From the NCBI GenBank assembly GCA_017438675.1, contig JAFRUW010000250.1:1-24855 (forward strand): a stretch of 24,855 nucleotides of DNA. The letters run 5' to 3'. The position numbers and the translations under genes are program-made. The stretch's first letter is position 1; each line of letters opens with the position of its first letter. This document shows positions 7,433 through 15,823 of the stretch, in pieces. The notes beneath the pieces are model-generated. The model saw only the letters and a list, made by a program, of their open reading frames with translations. It was not told where the DNA came from and ran no database searches. This stretch comes from Oscillospiraceae bacterium (GTDB lineage Bacteria > Bacillota > Clostridia > Oscillospirales > Oscillospiraceae).

Positions 7433-7600
7433 TTGAATTATATGGACTTCGTGAAAGGCGTGGGCATAGGCATGGTCACCGGCGCCGTTGTGGGCATTTC
7501 CATGATGCCGAGAAAGAAAAACGCCAGAACCACGGCGGGAAAGCTCGTAAAAACGGCGGGACGCATCCTCACCGATGTGCAGGAGACTTTCAATATGTAA
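7433..7600 (+). CDS. Small YtxH-like membrane-anchored protein (52-55 aa; not in ORF track)
   Basis: AGGAGG at 7420-7425, TTG 7433 in frame with ATG 7442; MDFVKGVGIGMVTGAVVGISMMPRKKNARTTAGKLVKTAGRILTDVQETFNM; Gly-rich hydrophobic N-terminus ending in P-K/R; followed by its own terminator. Confidence 0.7.
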   Translation: MNYMDFVKGVGIGMVTGAVVGISMMPRKKNARTTAGKLVKTAGRILTDVQETFNM

Positions 7601-7624
7601 AGCGTGTCGGTTTTGACAACACGC

Positions 7625-7661
7625 AAAAACGCATTGCATTACGCAGTGCGTTTTTTGTTTT
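7625..7661 (+). terminator. Intrinsic terminator after the small ORF
   Basis: AAAAACGCATTGC-attac-GCAGTGCGTTTTT plus T tract. Confidence 0.8.
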
Positions 7662-7704
7662 GAATTGCCGTGGTGTAATAAGGATCAAAAAATAAAAATA
7701 TCTA

Positions 7705-7733
7705 TTTCCACAGGTGGCAATCTGTGCTATAAT
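7705..7733 (+). promoter_or_regulatory. Sigma-A promoter with extended -10 for the U32-maf-mre block
   Basis: TTTCCA (7705-7710), 17 bp, TGcTATAAT (TATAAT 7728-7733). Confidence 0.7.
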
Positions 7734-7793
7734 AAAATTCTACCTGTGTGCGAACATGGGAAAACCGCGATTGAAACGAGAGGTGAGAACAGA

Positions 7794-9902
7794 GTGCCGG
7801 AGTTGGTAGCGCCGGGAAACAGCCCGGAAATGGTTGCGGCGGCGGTTCAGAACGGAGCCGACGCGGTTTATATGGGTTTCGGCGTTCTGGGAGCCTCAAA
7901 GTCAAAGCCCGGCATGTCGGCGGCGGATTTTGAGAAATCGGCGGAATACTGCCGCATCCGGGGCGTGAACGTCTACGGGATGATGAACATATTTGCCGTT
8001 GACAGCGAATTTGACAAGCTGTATGAGTCGGCAATGTATTATAACCGCATGGGGGCGAACGCCATCATTGCCCAGGACCCGGGAGTTATCAGGTTCATCC
8101 ACCAGATACTCCCCGATATGCCTGTTTTCGGCGGCGAAAACATGGGGGTAAACGACATGCAGAGCCTTAAGCTCGCTTCCGCCATGGGACTGAAGCGCAT
8201 CACCCTGCCCACCGAGCTTACCGAGAAAGAGATCGCCCGCCTTGCATGGGACAACTCGGCGGAGCTTGAGGTCACGGTCCACGGCCCATTGTGCATGGCG
8301 TACCCCGGCGGGTGCCATGTGAACGCCCTGTTCAGCGATAAGCGGAGCAGGATCTGCGACAGGTGCGGGGAGCTTTGCAGGACGGAGCTCAAAAGCGAGG
8401 GCCGGTCTGAGAAGTACCCCCTCAGACTCAGGGACGTATGCCTTATCGAAAGGCTCGGCGACCTTGCGGCGGCGGGAGTTTCCGCCTTCAGGATCGCGGG
8501 CTACAGCAGGGAACCTGAATATGTGGCAATGGTGACGGGGATCTATTCCCGTGCCATCCGTGACGGTGAGGATCCCACCTTTGAGGAGATGACCGTCCTC
8601 CAGAAGGCCTACAGCCACGCGGGGTTCACCCAGGGTATATTTTCCGCGGAAAACGGCGTCCTTCCCGAGATGCAGGGAGGAAGGGACGGAGTGGGGACAA
8701 AAGCAAATCCCAGGTATTTTGCCGCCCTGAGACGCTATTATATAAACAACGAATACCAGCGCGTGCCCCTTAAATTCGCGGCGAAGGTGAAGCCTCACCG
8801 GCCCATCCGGATCGCCGCCATGGACGACAGGAAAAACGTGGCCGCCGCCCAGGGGGACATACCCACAACGGCATACCACACCGCCATGACGCCCACCACC
8901 CTCCAGACCCAGCTCTTCAAGCTGGGCGGGACGCCGTACTACTGCGACGGGGTGCGGAGCATTATCGAGCCGGGGCTCACGGTGTCAAAGGACTGCGTGA
9001 CGAAAATGGTCCGCTCCATGACGGATGAGATCACAAAGAAGCGGAAGGCCCACGTTCCCCACGGGGAGCGGCAGTACCCCGGCACGTCCAGGGTGCCGAA
9101 TTCGGACGCGCCGCCGATCCTGACCGTGGAGGTAAGGTCGGCCTCCCAGCTGGCGGAGCTGAAGGATGCGCCCCTTCCCGGGGTGATCTATATCCCTGCG
9201 GCGGAGATACTTAAAAACAGGCAGATCATCGAGCCCCTCATGAGGGACCCGAATGTGGAGATAGTTGCCGCCCTGCCCGGACTGTTAAAGGACAGGGAGC
9301 GGCAGAATATGGAAAACAGGCTTGCCAAGCTCCGCATGATGGGCGTGAACCACGTCCTTGCCGAAAGCATGAGCCAGATAGTCTGGGCGAAGGAACTGGG
9401 CTTCCGGGTGAGGGGCGGATTCGGACTCAACGCCTACAATTCACGGACGCTGGCCGTTCTCAGGTACTTCAGCCTTGAGTCGGCGGCTGTGCCCTTTGAG
9501 CTGCGCTTTTCCCAGATCGACGCCATGTCAAAGGAGCTTCCGGTGGAGATTCTGGGCTACGGCAGACTTCCCGTTTTGACAACTGCCCCGGGTCTTCTCA
9601 AGGGCAGGGGGGACGCAGCGCCGCCGTCAATAAGCGACAGGAGCGGCTTCAACTACCCCGTGTACTGCGACGGCAGCGGCGGCAGCACCGTATTCAGCTC
9701 CAGGAAGCTGTTTTTAGCCGACAGAGCCGCGGATTATTCAAAGATAGGCGTCTGGGGAGTGAGGCTGGTCTTCACCACCGAAAACTCACTGGAATGCGCT
9801 GCAATAATGAAACGCTATACGGGCAGGGGGGATTACAGACCCCAGGCCATAACAAGAGGGCTTTATTATCCCGAGGGGGAACCTGCGGGGGATATTCTGT
9901 AA
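7794..9902 (+). CDS. Peptidase U32-family protein, long RlhA-like/DUF3656 architecture (likely Fe-S, RNA hydroxylation family)
   Basis: Probable GTG start 7794 after GAGAGGTGA; PELVAPGNS, GADAVYMG, EVTVHGPLCMAYPGGC..C..CGELCR Cys cluster, QLFKLGGTPY, second degenerate U32 half. Confidence 0.87.
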   Translation: MPELVAPGNSPEMVAAAVQNGADAVYMGFGVLGASKSKPGMSAADFEKSAEYCRIRGVNVYGMMNIFAVDSEFDKLYESAMYYNRMGANAIIAQDPGVIRFIHQILPDMPVFGGENMGVNDMQSLKLASAMGLKRITLPTELTEKEIARLAWDNSAELEVTVHGPLCMAYPGGCHVNALFSDKRSRICDRCGELCRTELKSEGRSEKYPLRLRDVCLIERLGDLAAAGVSAFRIAGYSREPEYVAMVTGIYSRAIRDGEDPTFEEMTVLQKAYSHAGFTQGIFSAENGVLPEMQGGRDGVGTKANPRYFAALRRYYINNEYQRVPLKFAAKVKPHRPIRIAAMDDRKNVAAAQGDIPTTAYHTAMTPTTLQTQLFKLGGTPYYCDGVRSIIEPGLTVSKDCVTKMVRSMTDEITKKRKAHVPHGERQYPGTSRVPNSDAPPILTVEVRSASQLAELKDAPLPGVIYIPAAEILKNRQIIEPLMRDPNVEIVAALPGLLKDRERQNMENRLAKLRMMGVNHVLAESMSQIVWAKELGFRVRGGFGLNAYNSRTLAVLRYFSLESAAVPFELRFSQIDAMSKELPVEILGYGRLPVLTTAPGLLKGRGDAAPPSISDRSGFNYPVYCDGSGGSTVFSSRKLFLADRAADYSKIGVWGVRLVFTTENSLECAAIMKRYTGRGDYRPQAITRGLYYPEGEPAGDIL

Positions 9903-9923
9903 GTAAAAGATCAAGAGGTCGGA

Positions 9924-10484
9924 ATGGATATTATTTTAGCTTCAAAATCACCGAGACGGAGAGAGCTCCTTACAATGCTGGGGCTCGATTTCACCGTGAT
10001 CCCCGCGGTGGGGGACGAGAGAACGGACCCCGAAGCCGAGCCGGGGGAAATGGTCATGTCCCTTGCCCTCGGAAAGGCGGAGGAAGTGGCGTCATCAAAC
10101 CCGGAGTGCCTTGTCATCGGGGCGGATACCCTTGTTTTTCTCGACGGGAAGCCTTTGGGGAAGCCGTCGGACGAGGCTGAGGCGCTTGAAATGCTGAGGT
10201 CCCTGTCCGGCAGGACACATCAGGTGTACACCGGCATCGCCGTCATATATAAGGACAGGACGATAGCTGATTTTGAAAAAACCGACGTGGAGTTCAGGGA
10301 GCTTTCCGACAGCGAGATACTGAGGTATATCGGGACCGGGGAGCCTATGGACAAGGCCGGGGCTTACGGCATACAGGGCCGGGGCTCGGTGTTTATTCCC
10401 GGCATCAGGGGAGATTATTTTAACGTAATGGGACTTCCGCTGTGCAGACTCTGGTCCGTCCTGCGGGAGATTGAAGGTGTGTAA
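9924..10484 (+). CDS. maf: Maf family nucleoside triphosphate pyrophosphatase (YhdE-type, dTTP/UTP)
   Basis: ILASKSPRRRELL, GADT, LGKP, LSGRTH, DKAGAYGIQG, NVMGLPL; R/T/Q signature of the YhdE subgroup. Confidence 0.95.
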   Translation: MDIILASKSPRRRELLTMLGLDFTVIPAVGDERTDPEAEPGEMVMSLALGKAEEVASSNPECLVIGADTLVFLDGKPLGKPSDEAEALEMLRSLSGRTHQVYTGIAVIYKDRTIADFEKTDVEFRELSDSEILRYIGTGEPMDKAGAYGIQGRGSVFIPGIRGDYFNVMGLPLCRLWSVLREIEGV

Positions 10485-10485
10485 C

Positions 10486-11328
10486 GTGAAAGGTTATTTA
10501 AACAAAAGGGTAATAGTGATCGTGCTCATAGCCCTGTTTATTGCCGTTATGTCGGCTGTGACCGTGGCCCTCAGCGATACTGCCAGCGGCAGGCTGGCGG
10601 GCATTGTCAATTCCGCAACTGCGCCGGTGAAGCGCGGCATGTCCTCCATGGTGGATTCCCTTGAGGGGCTGTACGGCTACCTCTACAAATACGACAGGCT
10701 TGAGGCGGAAAACGCGGAGCTCAGGGACCGCATCGCGGAGCTTGAGGAACAGACCAGGGAGTACGACGCCATAAACGAGGAGAACGAACAGCTCCGCACG
10801 CTTCTGGATTTCGGCAAGCGGAACGAATCCTTTGAGTTTGAAGAGGTCAGCGTCCTCACGTGGAGCGCCTCCAACTACAACTCCGGCTTTACCATAAACA
10901 AGGGTTCAAATGCAGGACTGGAGCTGAACGACTGCATCGTTACAAGCACCGGGTACCTCATCGGCAGGGTGACGGAGCTCAACAAGACCACCGCCGTAGT
11001 CACCACCATCATCGACCCCGGCACCAACATCGGCGCCGAGATATACGAGGTGAACGAGCTTGCGGTGGCGGAGGGGGATTACCGCCTGATGCAGGAGGGT
11101 AAGCTGAAGCTCACATATCTTGAAGAAGGCACCCAGATCATCGAGGGGCACACCATCGTCACCTCCGGCAGAAGCGGCATGTACCCCAAGGGGCTTGTGA
11201 TCGGCACCGTGGAAAGGGTCATAAAGGACTCCGAAGGACTTGAGGATTCCGCCACGGTTGCTCCGAAGGCGGATCTCGAGAAGCTTTCAAAAGTGTACGC
11301 CATAACCGATTTCGGTCAGAATTCGTAA
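10486..11328 (+). CDS. mreC: Rod shape-determining protein MreC
   Basis: N-terminal TM, coiled coil (LEAENAELRDRIAELEE), TINKGS..G, LIGRV, GHTIVTSG..GMYPKGLVIGTV; start probably GTG 10486 (RBS GAAGGTG). Confidence 0.92.
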   Translation: MKGYLNKRVIVIVLIALFIAVMSAVTVALSDTASGRLAGIVNSATAPVKRGMSSMVDSLEGLYGYLYKYDRLEAENAELRDRIAELEEQTREYDAINEENEQLRTLLDFGKRNESFEFEEVSVLTWSASNYNSGFTINKGSNAGLELNDCIVTSTGYLIGRVTELNKTTAVVTTIIDPGTNIGAEIYEVNELAVAEGDYRLMQEGKLKLTYLEEGTQIIEGHTIVTSGRSGMYPKGLVIGTVERVIKDSEGLEDSATVAPKADLEKLSKVYAITDFGQNS

Positions 11329-11368
11329 GAAACAGGACATTTTTTCGAACAAACGAGAGGCTTTTATC

Positions 11369-11872
11369 ATGGACAGAACAGCGGTCCGCAAAATAATCAA
11401 ATACGCGGCATACGGGCTTCTGGTCTTTCTCGCCTATGTGCTGCAGACCACGGTGTTTACCCGGCTGAAGATCTTCGGCACGATGCCTGTCCTTCTCCCC
11501 GTTGCGGCGGCGGTCATCGCCGTCTTCGAGGGCGGCGAGGCAGGGGCGGCCTACGGACTTGCCTGCGGCATATTGTGCGACCTGGCCTTCAATCAGGCCA
11601 CGGTTGCCATGACAATGGTGCTGACCGTGGTGGGCGCGGCCGTAGGCATACTCAGCGACAGGCTTTTGGAAAAGGGCATAATCACCTGCCTGATGTGCAG
11701 CCTCGGCGCCCTCGTTATCACCGCGGGGGTTCAGATGTTCGGCCTTGTGGTATTCAGGCACGCGGGGCTTTTGCGCCTTGTCCTCACCGCGATAATACAG
11801 ACAGTGTATTCGCTGATTTTTGTTGCACCCATCTATTATCTGTGCCGGGCGATCCGCAGGATCCCGGAATAA
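11369..11872 (+). CDS. mreD: Rod shape-determining protein MreD
   Basis: 167 aa fully hydrophobic, P.LL..., GAAYGLACGILCDL; position between mreC and PBP2. Confidence 0.85.
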   Translation: MDRTAVRKIIKYAAYGLLVFLAYVLQTTVFTRLKIFGTMPVLLPVAAAVIAVFEGGEAGAAYGLACGILCDLAFNQATVAMTMVLTVVGAAVGILSDRLLEKGIITCLMCSLGALVITAGVQMFGLVVFRHAGLLRLVLTAIIQTVYSLIFVAPIYYLCRAIRRIPE

Positions 11873-11891
11873 GCGAAACCAGGGAGAACCG

Positions 11892-14021
11892 ATGAACAGA
11901 CTGAGCTATAACAAATGGAGAATAATAATACTGGGTATTGTGCTTGCCGTTATTATGGTGGTGTACGCCGCCGCCATGTACAACGTGCAGGTCATTGCCC
12001 ACGCCAATGCCGCAGACACGGGAACCACCTCCACCCGCTATTCCAACGTCACCGCCAGCCGCGGCAAGATCCTTGACAGGAACGGTGTGGAGCTGGTGAC
12101 CAGCCGGGCAAGGTACTCCGTCACCGTTGACCGCCTGACCGTTCTGGCCCAGGATAAGCCCAACGACGTGATCCAGGGCCTTATTACCGCGGCAATGTCC
12201 ACCGGGACACAGTATAACGACACCTTCCCCGTCACATCCAGCGGCCCCTTCGAGTACCGGGCGAATATGACCGAGAACGACCGGGATAAGCTGGATACCT
12301 ATTTTGAGTATTTCGGTCTGGAGAAGGACATTTCCGCCTCCGACCTCATCGTATGGATGCGCGGCCATTACGGCATCGACACCATGACGAACATAAACGA
12401 CGCGAGACTTATTATCGGCGTGAGATATGAGCTTGAGAGCAGGGTTATAACAAACGGCGCCGAATACGTCTTCGCAGACGACGTAAACCTGGACTTCATC
12501 ACCCGCATCCGGGAGAACAATTACCCCGGCGTTTCCGTGGTGACAAAGTGGGACAGGGAGTACAAAACCGACTATGCCGCCCACATTCTGGGCTATGTGG
12601 GCCTTATGAATGCCGAGGAGTACGAGACCTACAAGGAGCTGGACTATCCCATGGACGCCTCCGTGGGCAAGGAGGGCGTGGAAAAGGCCTTCGAGGAGTA
12701 CCTGCGGGGCGTTGACGGCGTGAAGGCCACGGTGACCGATTCAAACGGCAATGTCGTGGACGAGTACATGGAGAAGGAGCCCCAGGCAGGCGGAAACGTG
12801 TTTCTGAGCATCGACTATTACATGCAGAAAACCGCTGAGGACGCGCTGGCGGAGACCATCAGCAGTCTGAACGCCGAGAGGAGCCAGACTGACGAAAAGG
12901 CCGACGGCGGCGCCGTGGTGGTAAAGGACGTAAACTCCGGTGAAACGCTGGCCTGCGCCTCATACCCCACATACGATCTGGCCACCATGCAGTCCCGTTA
13001 CACGGAGCTTGTGAACGATCCGTCCATGCCCCTCTTCAACCGCGCCACCCAGGGAACATACAATCCCGGCTCCACCTTCAAGATGGTCACGGCCTTCGCC
13101 GGTCTCAAGGCGGGGTATATCGACAGGTACACCACAATATACGACAACGGCATCTACACCCATTACAGGGGCTATCAGCCCAAGTGCTGGGTTTATCCCT
13201 CAAACCACGGGTATATCGACGTTGTGGGCGCCCTGCAGAAGTCCTGCAACTACTTTTTCTACTGGCTCAGCGACAATATGGGCGTTGACAGGATCACCGA
13301 GCAGGCGGAGAATTTCGGCTTCGGCAAAAAGACGGGAATCGAGATAACCGAGTCCACCGGCACGGTATACAGCGTTGATTACAAGGAGAGAGTCATCGGT
13401 GAGCCCTGGTACGCGGCGGACACACTTATTACAGCCATCGGCCAGAGGGACCTCCTTACCCCTGTCCAGCTTGTAAACTACATTTCCTCCATCGCCAACA
13501 ACGGCACGCTGTACCGCATGACCCTTTTCAACAAGGTCATGAACGAGGACTTTACAAAGACCCTTGTTGTCCGCCAGCCGGAGGTGCTTAAAACAATAGA
13601 AGGGAACGAGGGCTATCTGTCCATCCTGAGAGAGGGAATGGAGGCCGTCGTATCAAGCGGTACGGCGGAAAGCATCCTCAGCGAATACCCCGTAAAGGTC
13701 GCCGCCAAAACCGGTACAGTCGAGTCCGACGGCAGAGGCATTGACAACGGCATCTTCGTCTGCTACGCCCCCGCCGACGACCCGCAGATCGCCATATCCG
13801 TGGTCGTGGAACACGGCGGCCACGGTTCGTCCATCATCTCCGTTGCCAAGGCCCTTCTCGACTACTATTTCAATACGGATCATTCCACCGCCCTGCCGGT
13901 TGAAAACACCATGCAGGGGCGCGGGGCGGAGATCACCCTCCCGAATGAGACGGATGATGAAGATTACGACGATTACGATGACTACGACGACTATGACGAC
14001 TACAGCGAGGACGATGAATGA
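11892..14021 (+). CDS. mrdA: Class B penicillin-binding protein (PBP2/MrdA-like)
   Basis: ASRGKILDRNG, HILGYVG, GKEGVEKAFEEYLRG; catalytic motifs PGSTFK (SxxK), SCN (SxN), AKTGT (KTG); ATG 11892 after AGGGAG. Confidence 0.9.
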   Translation: MNRLSYNKWRIIILGIVLAVIMVVYAAAMYNVQVIAHANAADTGTTSTRYSNVTASRGKILDRNGVELVTSRARYSVTVDRLTVLAQDKPNDVIQGLITAAMSTGTQYNDTFPVTSSGPFEYRANMTENDRDKLDTYFEYFGLEKDISASDLIVWMRGHYGIDTMTNINDARLIIGVRYELESRVITNGAEYVFADDVNLDFITRIRENNYPGVSVVTKWDREYKTDYAAHILGYVGLMNAEEYETYKELDYPMDASVGKEGVEKAFEEYLRGVDGVKATVTDSNGNVVDEYMEKEPQAGGNVFLSIDYYMQKTAEDALAETISSLNAERSQTDEKADGGAVVVKDVNSGETLACASYPTYDLATMQSRYTELVNDPSMPLFNRATQGTYNPGSTFKMVTAFAGLKAGYIDRYTTIYDNGIYTHYRGYQPKCWVYPSNHGYIDVVGALQKSCNYFFYWLSDNMGVDRITEQAENFGFGKKTGIEITESTGTVYSVDYKERVIGEPWYAADTLITAIGQRDLLTPVQLVNYISSIANNGTLYRMTLFNKVMNEDFTKTLVVRQPEVLKTIEGNEGYLSILREGMEAVVSSGTAESILSEYPVKVAAKTGTVESDGRGIDNGIFVCYAPADDPQIAISVVVEHGGHGSSIISVAKALLDYYFNTDHSTALPVENTMQGRGAEITLPNETDDEDYDDYDDYDDYDDYSEDDE
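13962..14006 (+). repeat. Five 9-bp units encoding an (Asp-Tyr-Asp)n acidic tail of PBP2
   Basis: gattacgac gattacgat gactacgac gactatgac gactacagc. Confidence 0.9.
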
Positions 14022-14059
14022 CTGATTGAAAATTTTTTGGAAAATAGATAATTTTTTTC

Positions 14060-14088
14060 TTGCAAAACCTTTGAAATTTGGTTATAAT
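14060..14088 (+). promoter_or_regulatory. Sigma-A promoter for minD-mgsA
   Basis: TTGCAA (14060-14065), 17 bp, TATAAT (14083-14088). Confidence 0.75.
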
Positions 14089-14186
14089 AATTAGTATGGG
14101 CAATATCGTTATCGGAGGACTGTTCTGCGGTAACGTGTGCGTTTCGAAACGCATGTGCATCATTGTTTCCGTGAGGAGGTATCAGG

Positions 14187-14933
14187 TTGGGGACTGTGAT
14201 TTCCGTAACATCCGGCAAGGGAGGTACGGGCAAAACCACCGTCAGCGGCGGTATCGGCTCTTCTCTCGCGTCTCTGGGTCACAGGACTCTGTGCATAGAC
14301 TGCGATATGGGGATGAGGAACCTGGATCTTGTTCTGGGAATCTCCGATGTATCCCTTATGAGCTTTGAGGATGTTCTTTCCGAAAGGGTCAGCCTGGATG
14401 CCGGGGCGGTCCGCCATCCGGATATCGAAAATCTCTTTTTCCTTACGGCGCCCTCCGCTATTCCGTCGGATCATATAGACAGCGGCAAAATGAAGGCGTT
14501 CCTCGAAAAAGTGAGAGAGGATTTCGAGTACTGCATCATTGACGGTCCCGCGGGGATCGGCAGCGGCTTCAGGCTCGCCTGCGAAAACGCGGATATGGCG
14601 ATAATCGTGGCAAACGGCGACGGGATGAGTCTCCGCAACGGGCAGAGAACCACCACGGAGCTTATTAAGCTGGGCGTAACCAATGTGCGCCTTGTCCTGA
14701 ACAGGGTCCGCAGGCGGTTCATGCACCAGATACGCGCAAACGCGGATGATATGATCGATACGGTGGGCGCTCAGCTTCTGGGCGTGATACCGGAATCACG
14801 GGCGATAATGAAGGCCGGATGCACCGAGACCCCTATTGTGCTTGTGGAAGAAAAGAATGCCAAAGAGCCGTTTCTCCGGATAGCGAGGAGGATCACCGGA
14901 GAGAGAGTGCTCCTTGACAGGATGTTCAGATAA
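14187..14933 (+). CDS. minD: Septum site-determining ATPase MinD
   Basis: TTG start after GAGGAGG; VTSGKGGTGKTT deviant Walker A, IDCDMGMRNLDLVLG, IIDGPAGIGSGF, LVLNRV, LLGVIPE. Confidence 0.88.
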   Translation: MGTVISVTSGKGGTGKTTVSGGIGSSLASLGHRTLCIDCDMGMRNLDLVLGISDVSLMSFEDVLSERVSLDAGAVRHPDIENLFFLTAPSAIPSDHIDSGKMKAFLEKVREDFEYCIIDGPAGIGSGFRLACENADMAIIVANGDGMSLRNGQRTTTELIKLGVTNVRLVLNRVRRRFMHQIRANADDMIDTVGAQLLGVIPESRAIMKAGCTETPIVLVEEKNAKEPFLRIARRITGERVLLDRMFR

Positions 14934-14973
14934 AAAGAGGCTAAAAAAACAGAAAAGAAAGGGAAGGAAAGCT

Positions 14974-15384
14974 ATGAATATTGCGCTTATGGCACACGAC
15001 AGAAAAAAAGAACTTATGGTGCAGTTTTGTATCGCGTACTGCGGTATCCTGTCCGGGCACAATCTATGTGCGACACAGACCACAGGCAAACTGGTTGCGG
15101 AAGCTACAGGCTTACCGATAACGCTTTATCTTCCCTGCAGGCAGGGTGGCGACCAGCAGATAGGCGCCCGCATAACCTACAACGAGCTCGATATGATCCT
15201 GTTCTTCGCCGATCCCGCACTGGGTCAGGAGGGGTACAATGAGGTCATGAAGCTCTGCCGCCTCTGCGATATGCACAACGTGCCCATTGCCACAAACCTC
15301 GCCACTGCCGAGATGCTTGTCCTCGGTCTTAAGGAGGGCTATCTCGATTGGAGAGATATTGTAAGAGAGCAGAAGAAGCAGTAA
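14974..15384 (+). CDS. mgsA: Methylglyoxal synthase family protein (active-site loop divergent)
   Basis: MNIALMAHDRKKELM, ATQTTG, GGDQQIG, FFADP, RLCDMHNVPIATNLATAEML; lacks PHEPD. Confidence 0.8.
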   Translation: MNIALMAHDRKKELMVQFCIAYCGILSGHNLCATQTTGKLVAEATGLPITLYLPCRQGGDQQIGARITYNELDMILFFADPALGQEGYNEVMKLCRLCDMHNVPIATNLATAEMLVLGLKEGYLDWRDIVREQKKQ

Positions 15385-15408
15385 ACTTAAATCGGCTTGA
15401 AGCGGACA

Positions 15409-15430
15409 GGCGATCAATGATCGCCCCTAC
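15409..15430 (-). repeat. GTAG-type REP-like palindrome
   Basis: Minus strand GTAG-GGGCGATC-ATT-GATCGCC. Confidence 0.65.
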
Positions 15431-15490
15431 AACGTATCATTTTAATCTTTATTTCAAAACTGCAAAAATGGCAGGTGCGGTAAAGTAATT

Positions 15491-15710
15491 GAGCATCTGC
15501 ACCAAAACAACAGAGCAGAAGCGTTCAGCGCAGGTTGGAAGAACAGACTGTTAAGGTTTAGGGATACCGCACAGGCGTAAATGTACTATCTGTTTCACGA
15601 GCGGACGAAATCTTTGTTTCCACCGGGGAGAATCCAAAGGGGGAACGCCTTTGGTCGTCCTTTGCATCCTTTCCCACGAACGGGAAAGGATGTGCCTCGC
15701 GGCATGAGCG
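15491..15710 (+). repeat. ~220-bp structured dispersed element, copy 1 (inverted relative to 19165-19381)
   Basis: 15633-15710 matches the reverse complement of 19165-19241 with 3 differences; remainder is recognisably similar; hairpins CCAAAGG/CCTTTGG and CATCCTTTCCC/GGGAAAGGATG. Confidence 0.88.
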
Positions 15711-15743
15711 ATTAAAAGATTATGATATAGTTTTTTACCGATA

Positions 15744-15772
15744 GGCCTCCCTTTTTAAAAGGGAGACTTTTT
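15744..15772 (+). terminator. Terminator-like hairpin about 50 nt upstream of hisS
   Basis: CTCCCTT-tttaa-AAGGGAG then ac-TTTTT. Confidence 0.45.
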
Positions 15773-15823
15773 GTGAGAAAAACAATTCGTGCCCAAAAGG
15801 GCATTAACGAAAGGATAAATCAG

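Noticed and set aside
13962-14006. CRISPR or phase-variable tract interpretation of short tandem repeats (also 1288-1352)
   Set aside because: Units are 9 or 19-20 nt with no unique spacers and no cas genes; the 9-bp units are in frame and synonymous-variable
14031-14045. CodY-like box AATTTTTTGGAAAAT upstream of the minD promoter
   Set aside because: 3 mismatches of 15 in a very AT-rich stretch; not distinguishable from chance
14096-14368. Possible leaderless ORF starting at the predicted minD transcription start
   Set aside because: Out of frame with and overlapping minD, with no protein-like features; minD has its own strong RBS
15551-15572. T-box-like string TTAAGGTTTAGGGATACCGCAC upstream of hisS
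   Set aside because: Lacks the UGGN antiterminator bulge and stem I motifs, and is part of the dispersed repeat
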